64,000 nucleotides of DNA from an uncultured Actinomycetota bacterium (lineage in GTDB: Bacteria > Actinomycetota > UBA4738 > HRBIN12). Under the pieces are notes generated by a model that saw nothing but the letters and a program-made list of their open reading frames with translations, ran no database searches and was not told the DNA's origin. Every line of letters begins with the position of its first letter. The stretch's first letter is position 1. Both the position numbers and the translations under genes were made by a program. Shown piece after piece: positions 40,075-49,650 of this stretch. Location: assembly GCA_963737525.1 (NCBI GenBank), contig CAVTTD010000016.1:4209-68208 (forward strand). Direction: 5' to 3'.

Positions 40075-40592
40075 CCGGCCTCCACGTTGGCCTGTCGGGC
40101 ACCCAGCGCCCGCCGGATCGACTCTTCCTCCTCGAGGGAGAGGTTGTGCGAGCTGGTCCCCAGCGCGACGGGCTTCGCGTACACCCTGGTCTCCTGCCGT
40201 CCGTTGATCGAGGTGAGGACGACCCCGTTCCCCTGATCGTCGAGCAGCGCGCACGAGAACGAGAGCCGGCCGCCCACGTCTTCGAACGCGTCGTAGCGGA
40301 GCAATGCCACGTTCCGCACCGATCCCTCGATCTGCGTCTGTTGCTTCTTGTCGGTCGCGTGCAAGGCGCGGATCGCGCGTTCGAGCCGCTGCATCTGCTG
40401 GGACTGACCCTGGAGGATCCCCCGGAGCGTCTCGTCGAGGCGCACACGTCCCCCCACGGCGCCCCCGGCTCGTCCGGCGTTCGTGATCGCGTAGAGCACG
40501 GCCACGATCGACAACCCGATGGCCACGAGCGCGACCAGCGTGAGAGTGGAGCGCGACAGCTCCAACGCGGCGATGAGTGCGGATGCGGGCAT
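40071..40592 (-). CDS. DUF4446-family membrane-anchored protein
   Basis: N-terminal TM helix, coiled segment, then the conserved VALLRYDAFEDVGGRLSFSCALLDDQGNGVVLTSINGR..RVYAKPV block. Confidence 0.75.
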   Translation of the reverse strand: MPASALIAALELSRSTLTLVALVAIGLSIVAVLYAITNAGRAGGAVGGRVRLDETLRGILQGQSQQMQRLERAIRALHATDKKQQTQIEGSVRNVALLRYDAFEDVGGRLSFSCALLDDQGNGVVLTSINGRQETRVYAKPVALGTSSHNLSLEEEESIRRALGARQANVEAG

Positions 40593-40644
40593 CTACGTGG
40601 GGTTTCGCGAGTATACGCCGGGAGTTGGCGCCGACCCGACGGAG

Positions 40645-42109
40645 CTACGGTCCGAAACCGATCGAGGCCTCGGTATCGATCCCGTGGTACGGCGGCACCG
40701 AGACCCTGCGGTGGCCCGGGACCCCTCTGAGGATCACCTCCCGCAGCTCGAGGTCGTTCGAGGGGTCCGCATCGAAGAGCACCCCCGCCGGATTGGCTCG
40801 GACCTCGATCCAGTACGACCCGTTGGGGAGGCTCGTGATGTCGAAGGACTGCCCGGGGACGCTCTGGAAGTAGGTGTCACCCCAGCCGGTCGGCAGGACC
40901 TCACGGATCCATATCGAGGTGATCCCACCGCACTGGCTGAACCCGACCTGGTCGGGTCGCCAGATCGCGCCGTCGACCGTGAGATCGATCGGATCCGTGG
41001 GCGCGAGACAGAACGCCTGCTTGTGACTCCGGATGGCGACCTGGGAGGCGTCGAGGAGCCGGTAGCGAGCGAACTGGAGGAAGTGCCAATGCTGGTGACC
41101 GTCCCGGTGGTCGAAGTGGAACGAGCCGACGGGGGCGCGACCGACGACCGCGCCGTCGGCGAGGAAGTACTGGATACGCGTCCATCCGATCCTCGCCGAC
41201 GGCGCGGAAACCCTCCACCACGAGCGACGCGGGTCCGCGGTTCCAGACGTCGGCGCCGAACTGGAGGTAATCGTGGCCCCGTTCGTGACCGATCCCGATC
41301 CCGTACGCGGGGAGAGCCACCAGGTCGGGCACGGTGGAGGGATCCGGAGCCGACGTGGTGATCGCCGGCGTCAGCCTGCGTCGCGCGGGCGTGTCGGCGG
41401 GGGCTGCCCGTCCCCCACAGAAGTCGAGGCATCCCGTCTCCGTCCGGACCCGAACCGCGATGCTGACCCGAGCGTCATCGCGAGCGACCCCGAACAGGGC
41501 CCGGTACCGAGCGGCGATCGAGACCTTCACGACGTAGCGGCCGTCGGGGACCCGGACGAACGCGTTGGAGAGGAATGGAGTGACACCCCACCCCTGGTCG
41601 ATCCCCCATACCGACCCGAGTGTGAGGGGGTTGGAGCCGCAGCCGGCCGGATAGGTGGGGTCGAAGGGACCGGAGTCGTCGACTCGTTCCGTCTGCCAGC
41701 CCCCGAGGCATGCGTCGGGGACGCGACGTCTGACGAAGTTCCCGCTCCGGTCGAAGAGCGTGATGCGGAGGAAGCGATCGAGGCCGGACCAGCCCTGCAG
41801 GATGTCGGCCGGGAGCTCCTCCTCGACCACCCCCCCGGATCCATGGAACGCCTGCCAGACACGGATGGGATCGTCGTAGGTGTCGCGCCGGACGCGGAGC
41901 TCGAAGGGCGCTTCCTTGGAGATGACCGAGACCCCGAGATCGAGCCACACCGGTCCCCTCCCGTAGCGGACGAGCTCCACGAACGGAGAGGCCGCCCTGA
42001 GCCCGAGATGTGGGTTGCCGTCCGGCGCCGCCGCAACTGGAGCGGAAAGGAGTGGAAGGACGAGAGCGATCGCGCACAGGACGAGCGGAGACCGGCGAAG
42101 CGTCGACAC
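40645..42109 (-). pseudogene. Secreted lysyl-oxidase-like copper amine oxidase, one frame disruption
   Basis: Signal peptide MSTLRRSPLVLCAIALVLPLLSAPVAAA. After the frame switch at about 41173, the C-terminal domain carries LOX hallmarks: DGHQHWHF (Cu His cluster), YRLLDAS...SHKQAFCLAPTD (LTQ Lys context), GWGDTYFQS...SFDITSLPNGSYWIEVRANP. TAG stop at 40645-40647. Confidence 0.75.
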
Positions 42110-42234
42110 GGTGACACCCCCTGTCCCGCGGGTCGCCCGCGAGAGATGGGTTGGACGATAACGGTGACCGGTACGGTTCCGCTAGTGACCGTGGCCGATG
42201 ATCGCCTGCCCGTGATCGAGCGCGATCGGAGTCG

Positions 42235-42318
42235 TGGGCGAGGGGGGAGTTGAACCCCCACCCGGGTTACCGGACACGGACCTGAACCGTGCGCGTCTGC
42301 CAATTCCGCCACTCGCCC
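42235..42318 (-). tRNA. tRNA-Leu (anticodon CAG)
   Basis: GGGCGAG acceptor, GGCGGAATTGGCAGACGC D-arm, anticodon loop UU-CAG-GU, long variable arm, GGTTCAACTCC T-loop. Confidence 0.9.
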
Positions 42319-42465
42319 GAGGGCGCGGCCATCGTAGCAGCGGCCCATCTGCCGGCCGACCGTAGGTCGGCCGGCGGTTGCCCCGCCCGGGGCGGCGGAC
42401 CCGACTACCGACCGGCGACCTATGGATTTCCGGTCGACCGCCCGCCGATGGAGACGGGAGGAGAG

Positions 42466-42801
42466 ATGAGCGCGCGAGCCAGGGTCGACTTCGACGGACT
42501 GATGCGCCACCTGACGGTGGTCGGTTTCGCGGCTCTCACCGCCTGGACCATCGTGTCGATGACGGGCCTCGCGCTCGGATTGGTTCGGATCGCACCGCAC
42601 GCGACCCTCCGCTTCCTGCTCGCCGTGCTCATCGTGGTCTTCTCGCGTCGGACCTATTGGGAGATGCAAGAGTGGCATTGGCGTCGCCTCCCGCCGGACG
42701 AGCGATACGGGTTCGCGAGCCCGATCTGGGAGCAGCCGCGCATGTCGGAGCTCGGGACCGCGGCGCCACCCCTCGAGGGAGTCGAGGAACCCCGGCGGTA
42801 G
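42466..42801 (+). CDS. Hypothetical membrane protein
   Basis: ATG preceded by a GGGAGGAG RBS. Two TM helices (VVGFAALTAWTIVSMTGLALGLV, FLLAVLIVVF). The upstream part of the ORF overlaps tRNA-Leu and is discarded. Confidence 0.5.
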   Translation: MSARARVDFDGLMRHLTVVGFAALTAWTIVSMTGLALGLVRIAPHATLRFLLAVLIVVFSRRTYWEMQEWHWRRLPPDERYGFASPIWEQPRMSELGTAAPPLEGVEEPRR

Positions 42802-42846
42802 GATAGGCGCGAAGCGCGTTCCACCCCACGCGCTCATCGGAACGAC

Positions 42847-43527
42847 GTGCCGATCCTTCGCGATTTCGAACGACGCCTCGGTGGACTCGTCGAAGGCCTG
42901 TTCTCCAAGGCCTTCCGCAGCGGCGTGCAACCCGTTGAGATCGCGAAGCTGATCATGCGGGAGATGGAAAGCGGCCGCAGCGTCGGTGTCTCCGAGGTCT
43001 GGGCGCCGAACCGGTTCGAGCTCTCCCTTTCCCCCGAGGACGCCGCTCGATACGAGCAAGCCGAGGACGCGATCGTGTCCGAGCTGAAGCGGGTGATCCG
43101 AGAGTCCGCCGCCGAACGCGGGTGGGGGCTCGTCGGTCCTCCCGAGGTGGAGTTCGTCGTCGACGAGGACCTCAAGAAGGGCGACCTCGCCTGTCGCGCG
43201 TCCTTGGTCGAGGGAGAGGACGACGACCGCACGGCGGGTGGACACGCGTCGGTGGTGATCCACGAGGACGGCGCCGAACGCACGGTGGCGCTCGCCTCCG
43301 ACACCGTGACGATCGGGCGGCTCGCCGACTGCGACGTCGTCCTCAAGGACAAGGGAGCGTCGCGCAAGCACGTGCAGCTGAAGCTTCGGGACGGTGCCTG
43401 GACGCTCACCGATCTCGGCTCCACCAACGGAACGCGGCTCAACGGGCAGACGGTGCAATCGAGGGAGCTCGCCGACGGCGACAAGATCACGATCGGGACG
43501 ACCGTGATCGAGTTCCGGAGGGCCTAG
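42847..43527 (+). CDS. fhaA: FhaA-like protein (DUF3662 N-domain plus C-terminal FHA domain)
   Basis: MPILRDFERRLGGLVEGLFSKAF...PVEIAK N-domain. FHA core GRLADCDVVL..ASRKH..L....W.L.DLGSTNGT.LNG. Confidence 0.85.
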   Translation: MPILRDFERRLGGLVEGLFSKAFRSGVQPVEIAKLIMREMESGRSVGVSEVWAPNRFELSLSPEDAARYEQAEDAIVSELKRVIRESAAERGWGLVGPPEVEFVVDEDLKKGDLACRASLVEGEDDDRTAGGHASVVIHEDGAERTVALASDTVTIGRLADCDVVLKDKGASRKHVQLKLRDGAWTLTDLGSTNGTRLNGQTVQSRELADGDKITIGTTVIEFRRA

Positions 43528-44019
43528 ATGTCGCGGATCGTGGTGCTCGCCGACACGATCACGCCCTTCGCCCTGTCGGCGTTGAAGTACGGCCTCTTCG
43601 CGTTGCTGTTCCTGTTCATCTGGCGCTCGATGCGCTGGGTCGTGCGAGGGTTGTCCGTGGCGGAGGCGTCGGCCGCCGCGGAACGCGGCGGCCGACGCCC
43701 CCGCAACGCCGCGCCCACCCTGCCCCCCGGGCCATCGACCCTCCTCGTGCAGGGTCAGTCGGACGCGAAGCCGAGGACGGTGAAGCTCTCGGCGAGCATG
43801 ACCGTCGGTCGCGCGCCCGAATGCGAGCTGCGCCTGGACGACACCTACACCTCCCAGCAGCACGCGCGCCTCTTCGCGAAGAACAACTCGTGGTTCGTCG
43901 AGGATCTCGGCTCCACCAACGGGACGTTCGTGAACGAGCAGAAGCTCGCCGCCCCCGCGATGCTCCAGCCGGGGGACAAGGTCCGCGTGGGCCAGACGAT
44001 CATGGAGCTGCGCCGGTGA
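43528..44019 (+). CDS. fhaB: FHA-domain protein with N-terminal membrane segment (FhaB/FipA-like)
   Basis: Hydrophobic N-terminus, FHA core GRAPECELRLDDTYTSQQHARL....W.VEDLGSTNGTFVN. Confidence 0.85.
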   Translation: MSRIVVLADTITPFALSALKYGLFALLFLFIWRSMRWVVRGLSVAEASAAAERGGRRPRNAAPTLPPGPSTLLVQGQSDAKPRTVKLSASMTVGRAPECELRLDDTYTSQQHARLFAKNNSWFVEDLGSTNGTFVNEQKLAAPAMLQPGDKVRVGQTIMELRR

Positions 44020-45119
44020 GGGTCGAGGTCGGATCCGCGACCGACATCGGCCGCGTCCGGGAGCGGAACGAGGACTCGCTGCTGGTGGACCCGCCCCTGT
44101 ACGTCGTCGCGGACGGCATGGGCGGCCACCGCGGAGGGCAGGTCGCGTCCCAGGTGGCGCTGGAAGCGATGGAAGCGCTCGAGACCGGAGACGGGGGTTC
44201 GCTCGCCGAGCACGTCCGTCGCGCGAACCGCGCCGTCTGGGACCGGTCCGTCGAAGACGAGCGGCTCTCCGGGATGGGGACGACGCTCACGGCGACCCGC
44301 ATCGACGGAGGCAGCGCCCTCATCGCACACGTCGGCGACTCGAGGGCCTACCTGCTGCGGGACGGCTCCCTCCAGCAGCTCACGACGGACCACACCCTGG
44401 TCGCTCGGATGGTGAAGTCGGGCGAGATCACCGAAGCCGAGGCGGAGGTCCATCCGCACAAGAACGTCCTGACCCGCGCGCTCGGCACCGACGAGCAGGT
44501 CGAGGTGGACGAGGACTCGATCGCGCTGGCCGACGGCGATCGACTGCTGCTGTGCAGCGACGGCCTCACCGGCATGGTGACGGAGGATCAGATCCAGGCG
44601 ATCCTCGAGACCAGCGAGCAGCCCCAGCAGGCGGCCGACCGGCTCGTGAAGGCCGCGAACCGAGCGGGGGGCATCGACAACATCACCGTCGTCGTGCTCG
44701 ACGCGATCGCGGAGGACAGCGACCCGGTCGGCGGCGGCCGGCGCGTCGCCTCGCCGTCTCGGCGGACGGTCGGGCGCTGGGGGCTCCGCGCCGGCCTCAC
44801 GCTCCTGGTGCTGATCGTGGCGCTCTTCGGTGCCCGCTGGTGGTTGGACCGTCAGTGGTACGTCGGCCCCGCCGGGGAGAGCGTCGCGATCTACCAGGGC
44901 ATCCCCCTCACGATCCTCGGCTACGACCTCGGTCACCCGGTGGAGGTCCACAAGGACGTCCTCGCGGCGGAGGTCCGCGATCTGGCTGATACGTATCAGG
45001 GCTTCGATGACGGCATCCCGGTGACCGACCGCGAGGACGGGGCAAAGCTCATCGATCAGATGGAGCGGGACGTGGCCAAGGCCGAGGCGGCGACGAAGAA
45101 CGGCGGAGGCGCCGCGTGA
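44016..45119 (+). CDS. pstP: PP2C-family Ser/Thr phosphatase with C-terminal TM segment
   Basis: VGSATDIGRVRERNEDS...VADGMGGHRGG...DNITVVVLD. GTG overlaps the fhaB stop. Confidence 0.88.
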   Translation: MRVEVGSATDIGRVRERNEDSLLVDPPLYVVADGMGGHRGGQVASQVALEAMEALETGDGGSLAEHVRRANRAVWDRSVEDERLSGMGTTLTATRIDGGSALIAHVGDSRAYLLRDGSLQQLTTDHTLVARMVKSGEITEAEAEVHPHKNVLTRALGTDEQVEVDEDSIALADGDRLLLCSDGLTGMVTEDQIQAILETSEQPQQAADRLVKAANRAGGIDNITVVVLDAIAEDSDPVGGGRRVASPSRRTVGRWGLRAGLTLLVLIVALFGARWWLDRQWYVGPAGESVAIYQGIPLTILGYDLGHPVEVHKDVLAAEVRDLADTYQGFDDGIPVTDREDGAKLIDQMERDVAKAEAATKNGGGAA

Positions 45120-46423
45120 GCGCCGTCGCCTCACGCCCGGTACGGCCCCGGACCGGGCTCCTGCTGTTGCTGGTGGCGCTCGTGACATCGGTCGCGGCCT
45201 ACGCGATGGTCGGGCTCGGGCTCCGCGGTCGCGTCCCGCGCGACATCGTCGTCTACGCCCTCACGCTCGGGGGCGCGTATCTCCTGGCGTGGGGCGCGGT
45301 CCGGTGGATCGCCCCGCGAGCCGACCCCGTCCTGCTCCCGATCGCCGGCATGCTCGGAGGACTTGGACTGGCCATGATCTACCGGCTGCTCCCGGCCGAT
45401 GTCGCGGACGCCCAGGCGATCTGGCTCCTGATCGGGCTGGCCGCCTTCGTGCTGACGCTCGTGCTCGTACGCGACGACCGGCAACTGGACGCCTACACCT
45501 ACACGATCGGACTGCTCGGCCTGATCCTCTTGCTGCTCCCGGTGGTCCCCGGCGTCGGGTTCGAGGTGAACGGCGCGCGCCTGTGGGCACACCTCGGTCC
45601 GCTCACGTTCCAGCCGGCCGAGTTCGGCAAGATCTTGATCGTCATCTTCCTCGCCTCCTATCTGTCGGCGAAACGCGAGCTGCTCGAGGCCGGCGTCGGA
45701 CGCCTCGGCCTCCCGCGCGCGAAGGACCTCGGTCCCTTGCTCCTCGCATGGGGAGCCTCGCTCGCCGTCCTGTTCCTCGAGCGCGATCTGGGCGCCTCGA
45801 TGCTCTTCTTCGGCGTCTTCGTCGTGCTGCTCTGGGTGGCGAGCGGGCGCGTCGCCTACCTCGTGACGGGAGGGATCCTGTTCGCGGCGGGCGGGCTGAT
45901 CGGGTACCTGGCCCTGCCGCACGTGCAGCACCGCGTGGCCTATTGGCTGCACGCCCTCGAGCCGGCCACGGTGCATCAGGTCGGCTACGGACAGCTCGCG
46001 CAGAGTTGGTTCGCGCTCGCGTCGGGCGGCTTGGTCGGCACCGGCCTCGGACGGGGCTCGCCCGACCTGATCCCCTACCCGGCGAGCGACTTCATCCTGT
46101 CGGCCTTCGGCGAGGAACTGGGCATGCTCGGCACGGCCGCGATCCTGTTGCTCTTCGTCGGACTGATCGGACGCGGCCTGCGGATCGCCCTCGATCGGGA
46201 GGACGCCTTCGGCCGGCTCCTCGCGACCGGCCTGACGACGACCATCGCGCTGCAGACGTTCACGATCGCGGCCGGCGTGACACGTCTCATCCCGTTGACC
46301 GGCGTCCCGCTCCCGCTCGTGTCCTACGGCGGCTCCAGCCGCGTCGCGACCTTCGTGATGATCGCGCTGCTGGTCCGGATCTCCGCCGGTCCCTGGCAGC
46401 CGGCCCGACGGGGCTCCGGGTAG
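45116..46423 (+). CDS. rodA: FtsW/RodA/SpoVE-family peptidoglycan polymerase
   Basis: 435 aa, polytopic. SEDS-type motifs present (FQPAEFGKI, ASDFILSAFGEELG, PLPLVSYGGSS). Confidence 0.88.
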   Translation: MSAVASRPVRPRTGLLLLLVALVTSVAAYAMVGLGLRGRVPRDIVVYALTLGGAYLLAWGAVRWIAPRADPVLLPIAGMLGGLGLAMIYRLLPADVADAQAIWLLIGLAAFVLTLVLVRDDRQLDAYTYTIGLLGLILLLLPVVPGVGFEVNGARLWAHLGPLTFQPAEFGKILIVIFLASYLSAKRELLEAGVGRLGLPRAKDLGPLLLAWGASLAVLFLERDLGASMLFFGVFVVLLWVASGRVAYLVTGGILFAAGGLIGYLALPHVQHRVAYWLHALEPATVHQVGYGQLAQSWFALASGGLVGTGLGRGSPDLIPYPASDFILSAFGEELGMLGTAAILLLFVGLIGRGLRIALDREDAFGRLLATGLTTTIALQTFTIAAGVTRLIPLTGVPLPLVSYGGSSRVATFVMIALLVRISAGPWQPARRGSG

Positions 46424-47933
46424 ATGGAACGACGCATCCGGCGCCTCGGGATCGCCCTGGTGCTGCTGTTCGCGGTGTTGTTCGCGCAGCTCGCCTACGT
46501 GCAGGTCTTCGCTGCCGACGACATCAAGAGCCACCCCGCCAACTTCAGCCGCCAGCTGATCGCCGAATACAACGTCCAGCGCGGCAAGATCCTCTCCGCC
46601 GACGGGCTGGTGCTCGCCGAGAGCGTGCCGGGGCCCAAGGGTTCTCGGTATCGGTTCGAACGACGCTATCCGCAGGGGGACCTCTACGGGTACATCACGG
46701 GCTTCTACTCGAGGATCTACGGGCGGTCCGCGCTCGAACGGTCGATGAACTCCTACCTATCGGGCGAAGCGCCGGAGCTCGCGCTCTCCACGTTCAGCGA
46801 CCTCTTCCTGGGCCGCCAGAAGCGAGGCGGCAACATCTTCGTGACGATCGATCCCAACCTGCAGGAGGTCGCTCGCACGGCCCTCGGTGCGAACCAGGGG
46901 GCGGTCGTGGCGATGGATCCTCGCACCGGCGACATCCTGGCCCTGTACTCCACTCCCGGGTTCGACCCCAGCGAACTCTCGAGCGGCAGCGACCCGGAGA
47001 TCCGGCGCGCCTGGAAGCGACTGAACGCGGACCCGGACAAGCCGCTCCTCCCCCTGTCCCACCAGGAACTCTTCCTCCCCGGTTCGAGTTTCAAGATCGT
47101 GACGGCGTCGGCGGCGCTCGAGAACGGGTTCGGTCCGGAGAGCCAATGGCCGAATCCGCATCGACTCACGCTGCCGCTCACGAACGAACAGCTGCAGAAC
47201 TTCGGTGACGACCACTGCAACGGGGGCTCGCCGACAGATCACGATGCTCGAGGCCTTCGAGGAGTCGTGCAACGTGACCTTCGCCGAGATCGGTCTCCGC
47301 CTGGGCGCCGAGCCACTCGCCGCGCAAGCGCGCGCGTACGGCCTCTGCGGCACCCTCCCACCGGAGCGGACCACCTGCGACGAGCAACTCATCAACTTCG
47401 AGCTCCCGTTCCAGAACGGACGCTTCCCGGAACCCGAGTACTTCGAACAGAACGACCCGCTCCTGGCGTTCTCTGCGATCGGACTGGACAACGACCTCGT
47501 GAACCCCCTGCAGATGGCCTTGATCGCCTCCGCCGTCGCCAACGGCGGCGTCATGCCGCAGCCGAGGATCGTCTCGGAGGTGCGTGACTCGCAGGGGCGG
47601 GTGGTGCGGGAGTTCCCGGTGGGCACCGTGAGGCGGGCGATCTCCGGGAGCTCCGCGGCGGACCTCACCCAGATGATGATCGCGGTCGTGAACAACGGGA
47701 GCGGCTACCGGGCAGCGATCCCGGGGATCCAGGTCGCCGGGAAGACCGGCACCGCAACGAACGGCGAAGGCCGCCCGCCCAACGCATGGTTCACCGCCTT
47801 CGCCCCTGCGCAGAACCCGCAGATCGCGGTCTCGGTTATCGTCCTCGACGGCGGGAACCTGGGCAGCGAGGCCACCGGAGGCCAGGTCGCGGCCCCCATC
47901 GCGCGTTCCGTCATCGAGGCGTACCTCCGGTAG
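46424..47933 (+). pseudogene. pbpA: Penicillin-binding protein (PbpA-type transpeptidase), one frame disruption
   Basis: SxxK GSSFKIVTA and KTGT AGKTGTA motifs. Frame switch in the G-run at about 47222-47226 (…DHCNGG | RQITMLEAFEESCN…). Confidence 0.85.
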
Positions 47934-47954
47934 GAAAGGACTGCCAAGAACGAG

Positions 47955-49650
47955 ATGGAGCAGATCTTCGGCGATCGGTACGAGGTGCAAGGCCGGATCG
48001 GCGTCGGTGGCATGGCCGAGGTCTGGCGCGGCTACGACCGGACCCTCAACCGCACGGTCGCGATCAAGACGCTCTTGCCGCAGTTCGCCCGAGACGCGAG
48101 CTTCGTCGACCGCTTCCGCCGGGAGGCCCAGGCCGCCGCTCGGCTGAACCACCCGGGGATCGTCTCGGTGTACGACTCCGGCACCGACGGCGACACGCCG
48201 TACATCGTGATGCAGTTCATCGAGGGGCGGACCCTCGCGGACTACCTGGCGTCCGGCAAGACGATCCCGCCGATGAAGGCGGCGCAGGTCGCGAAGGAGA
48301 TCGCGGAGGCGCTCGCCGCCGCGCACGCGGAGGGCGTGATCCATCGAGACATCAAGCCCGCGAACGTCATGGTCACGCGGGACGGCAAGGTGCTGGTGAT
48401 GGACTTCGGCATCGCGAGGTTGATCAGCGGGCCCGAGACGGCGCCGCAGACCTCCGCGGTCCTCGGCACCGCGTCCTACCTGTCGCCCGAGCAGGCGCAG
48501 GGCCACGCCGTGGACGCGCGCACCGACATCTACGCCTTGGGCGTGGTCCTGTACGAGATGTTGACCGGTCGGCCCCCGTTCACCGGCGACTCCCCGATGG
48601 CGATCGCGTACAAGCAGGTGAACGCGACTCCGGAAGCGCCGTCGTCGGTCAACCCCGACGTTCCGCCCGAGCTGGACGCGGTCGTGATGCGAGCGCTGTC
48701 GAAGAACCCCGCGAACCGGTACCAGACGGGACAGGAGTTCGCCGACGATCTGGAGCGTGTGCGGACCGGCGGCCAGGTGATGGCGACGCCGCTGCTGCCG
48801 GCCGCGGGGGAGGCGACGCAGGTCATCTCCCGGCCCCAGCCGACGTCGGTGCTTCCGCCCCAGCAGGACGAACCGGGCAGCTCGCGGAAGGCATGGGCCG
48901 GAGCCCTGATCGCGATCCTCATCATGGCGCTGCTCGCCGCGGGCGCCTATCTCGTCGTCACGATGCTCACCGACGACGGGCAGGGAGACTCGTCGCGGTG
49001 CCCGATTGATCGGTCTCACGACGCCGCAGGCACAGCAGAAGCTCGACGGTGCCGGGCTGATCGTGGGGGACAAGACGATCCGTCGCACGGACCGGTCCCG
49101 CCGGGCCGGGTAATCGATCAGGATCCGGCCGCCGGCACCGCAGATCCAGGCCGGGGCAAGGCAGTGAACCTCGTCATCTCTGCGCCGGCCCAAGCGGGTC
49201 CAGGTCCCCGCGCTCGATGGGCTGACCGTCGACGAGGCGCGAACCGACCTCGAGAGCCGCGAAGCTCACCCTCGGTGACGTAGACGCAGGAGAACAACCA
49301 GGACGTGCCGGAAGGGCGGATCATCAGCCAATCCCCGGCGGCGGGTGAGCAGGTGCCGAAAGGCACGCCGGTCGACGTCGTGGTCTCGGCGGGGCCCTCC
49401 GTGGTGATCGTGCCGGACGTGACGTGTCTGACGTTCGCCCAGGCCAAGGCCCAGCTCCAGGGACTCGGCCTTGACGCCCGACCCGGCGATCGCGTCTTGC
49501 CCCGACCCGAATGTCCGACCGACCCCGATCTGGTCGCCCAGCAGGACACGCCCGCCGGGATCGCAGGTCGACCCGGGCACCGTGATCGAGTTGCACCTGA
49601 GCTTGCCGCCGTCACCGTCGCCGTCGCCGTCGCCCTCACCGTCGCCGTGA
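47955..49650 (+). pseudogene. pknB: Ser/Thr protein kinase with four PASTA repeats (PknB); kinase and TM parts intact, PASTA region carries about seven frame switches
   Basis: Kinase motifs GVGGMAEV, AIK, HRDIKPAN, DFG, SPEQ are in one frame up to the TM helix. The PASTA units (LVAVPDLIGLT..., VQVPALDGLTVDEA..., VPEGRIISQSPAAG..., VIVPDVTCLTFAQA...) are spread over all three frames. It ends ...ELHLSLPP(SP)n TGA at 49648-49650. Confidence 0.85.
49606..49647 (+). repeat. Hexanucleotide (TCN-CCG) tandem repeat encoding a (Ser-Pro)n tail
   Basis: ccg ccg tca ccg tcg ccg tcg ccg tcg ccc tca ccg tcg ccg, read in the pknB terminal frame. Confidence 0.8.

Noticed and set aside
41527-43863. 778-aa minus-strand ORF.
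   Set aside because: It runs through tRNA-Leu and antisense to fhaA/fhaB and part of the LOX-like gene. It has no motifs and is treated as a GC artefact.
49606-49647. Tandem hexanucleotide repeat considered as a possible CRISPR-like or contingency repeat.
   Set aside because: It is only 42 bp long with no spacers. It reads cleanly as a (Ser-Pro)n tail of PknB. It is reported as a coding repeat only.
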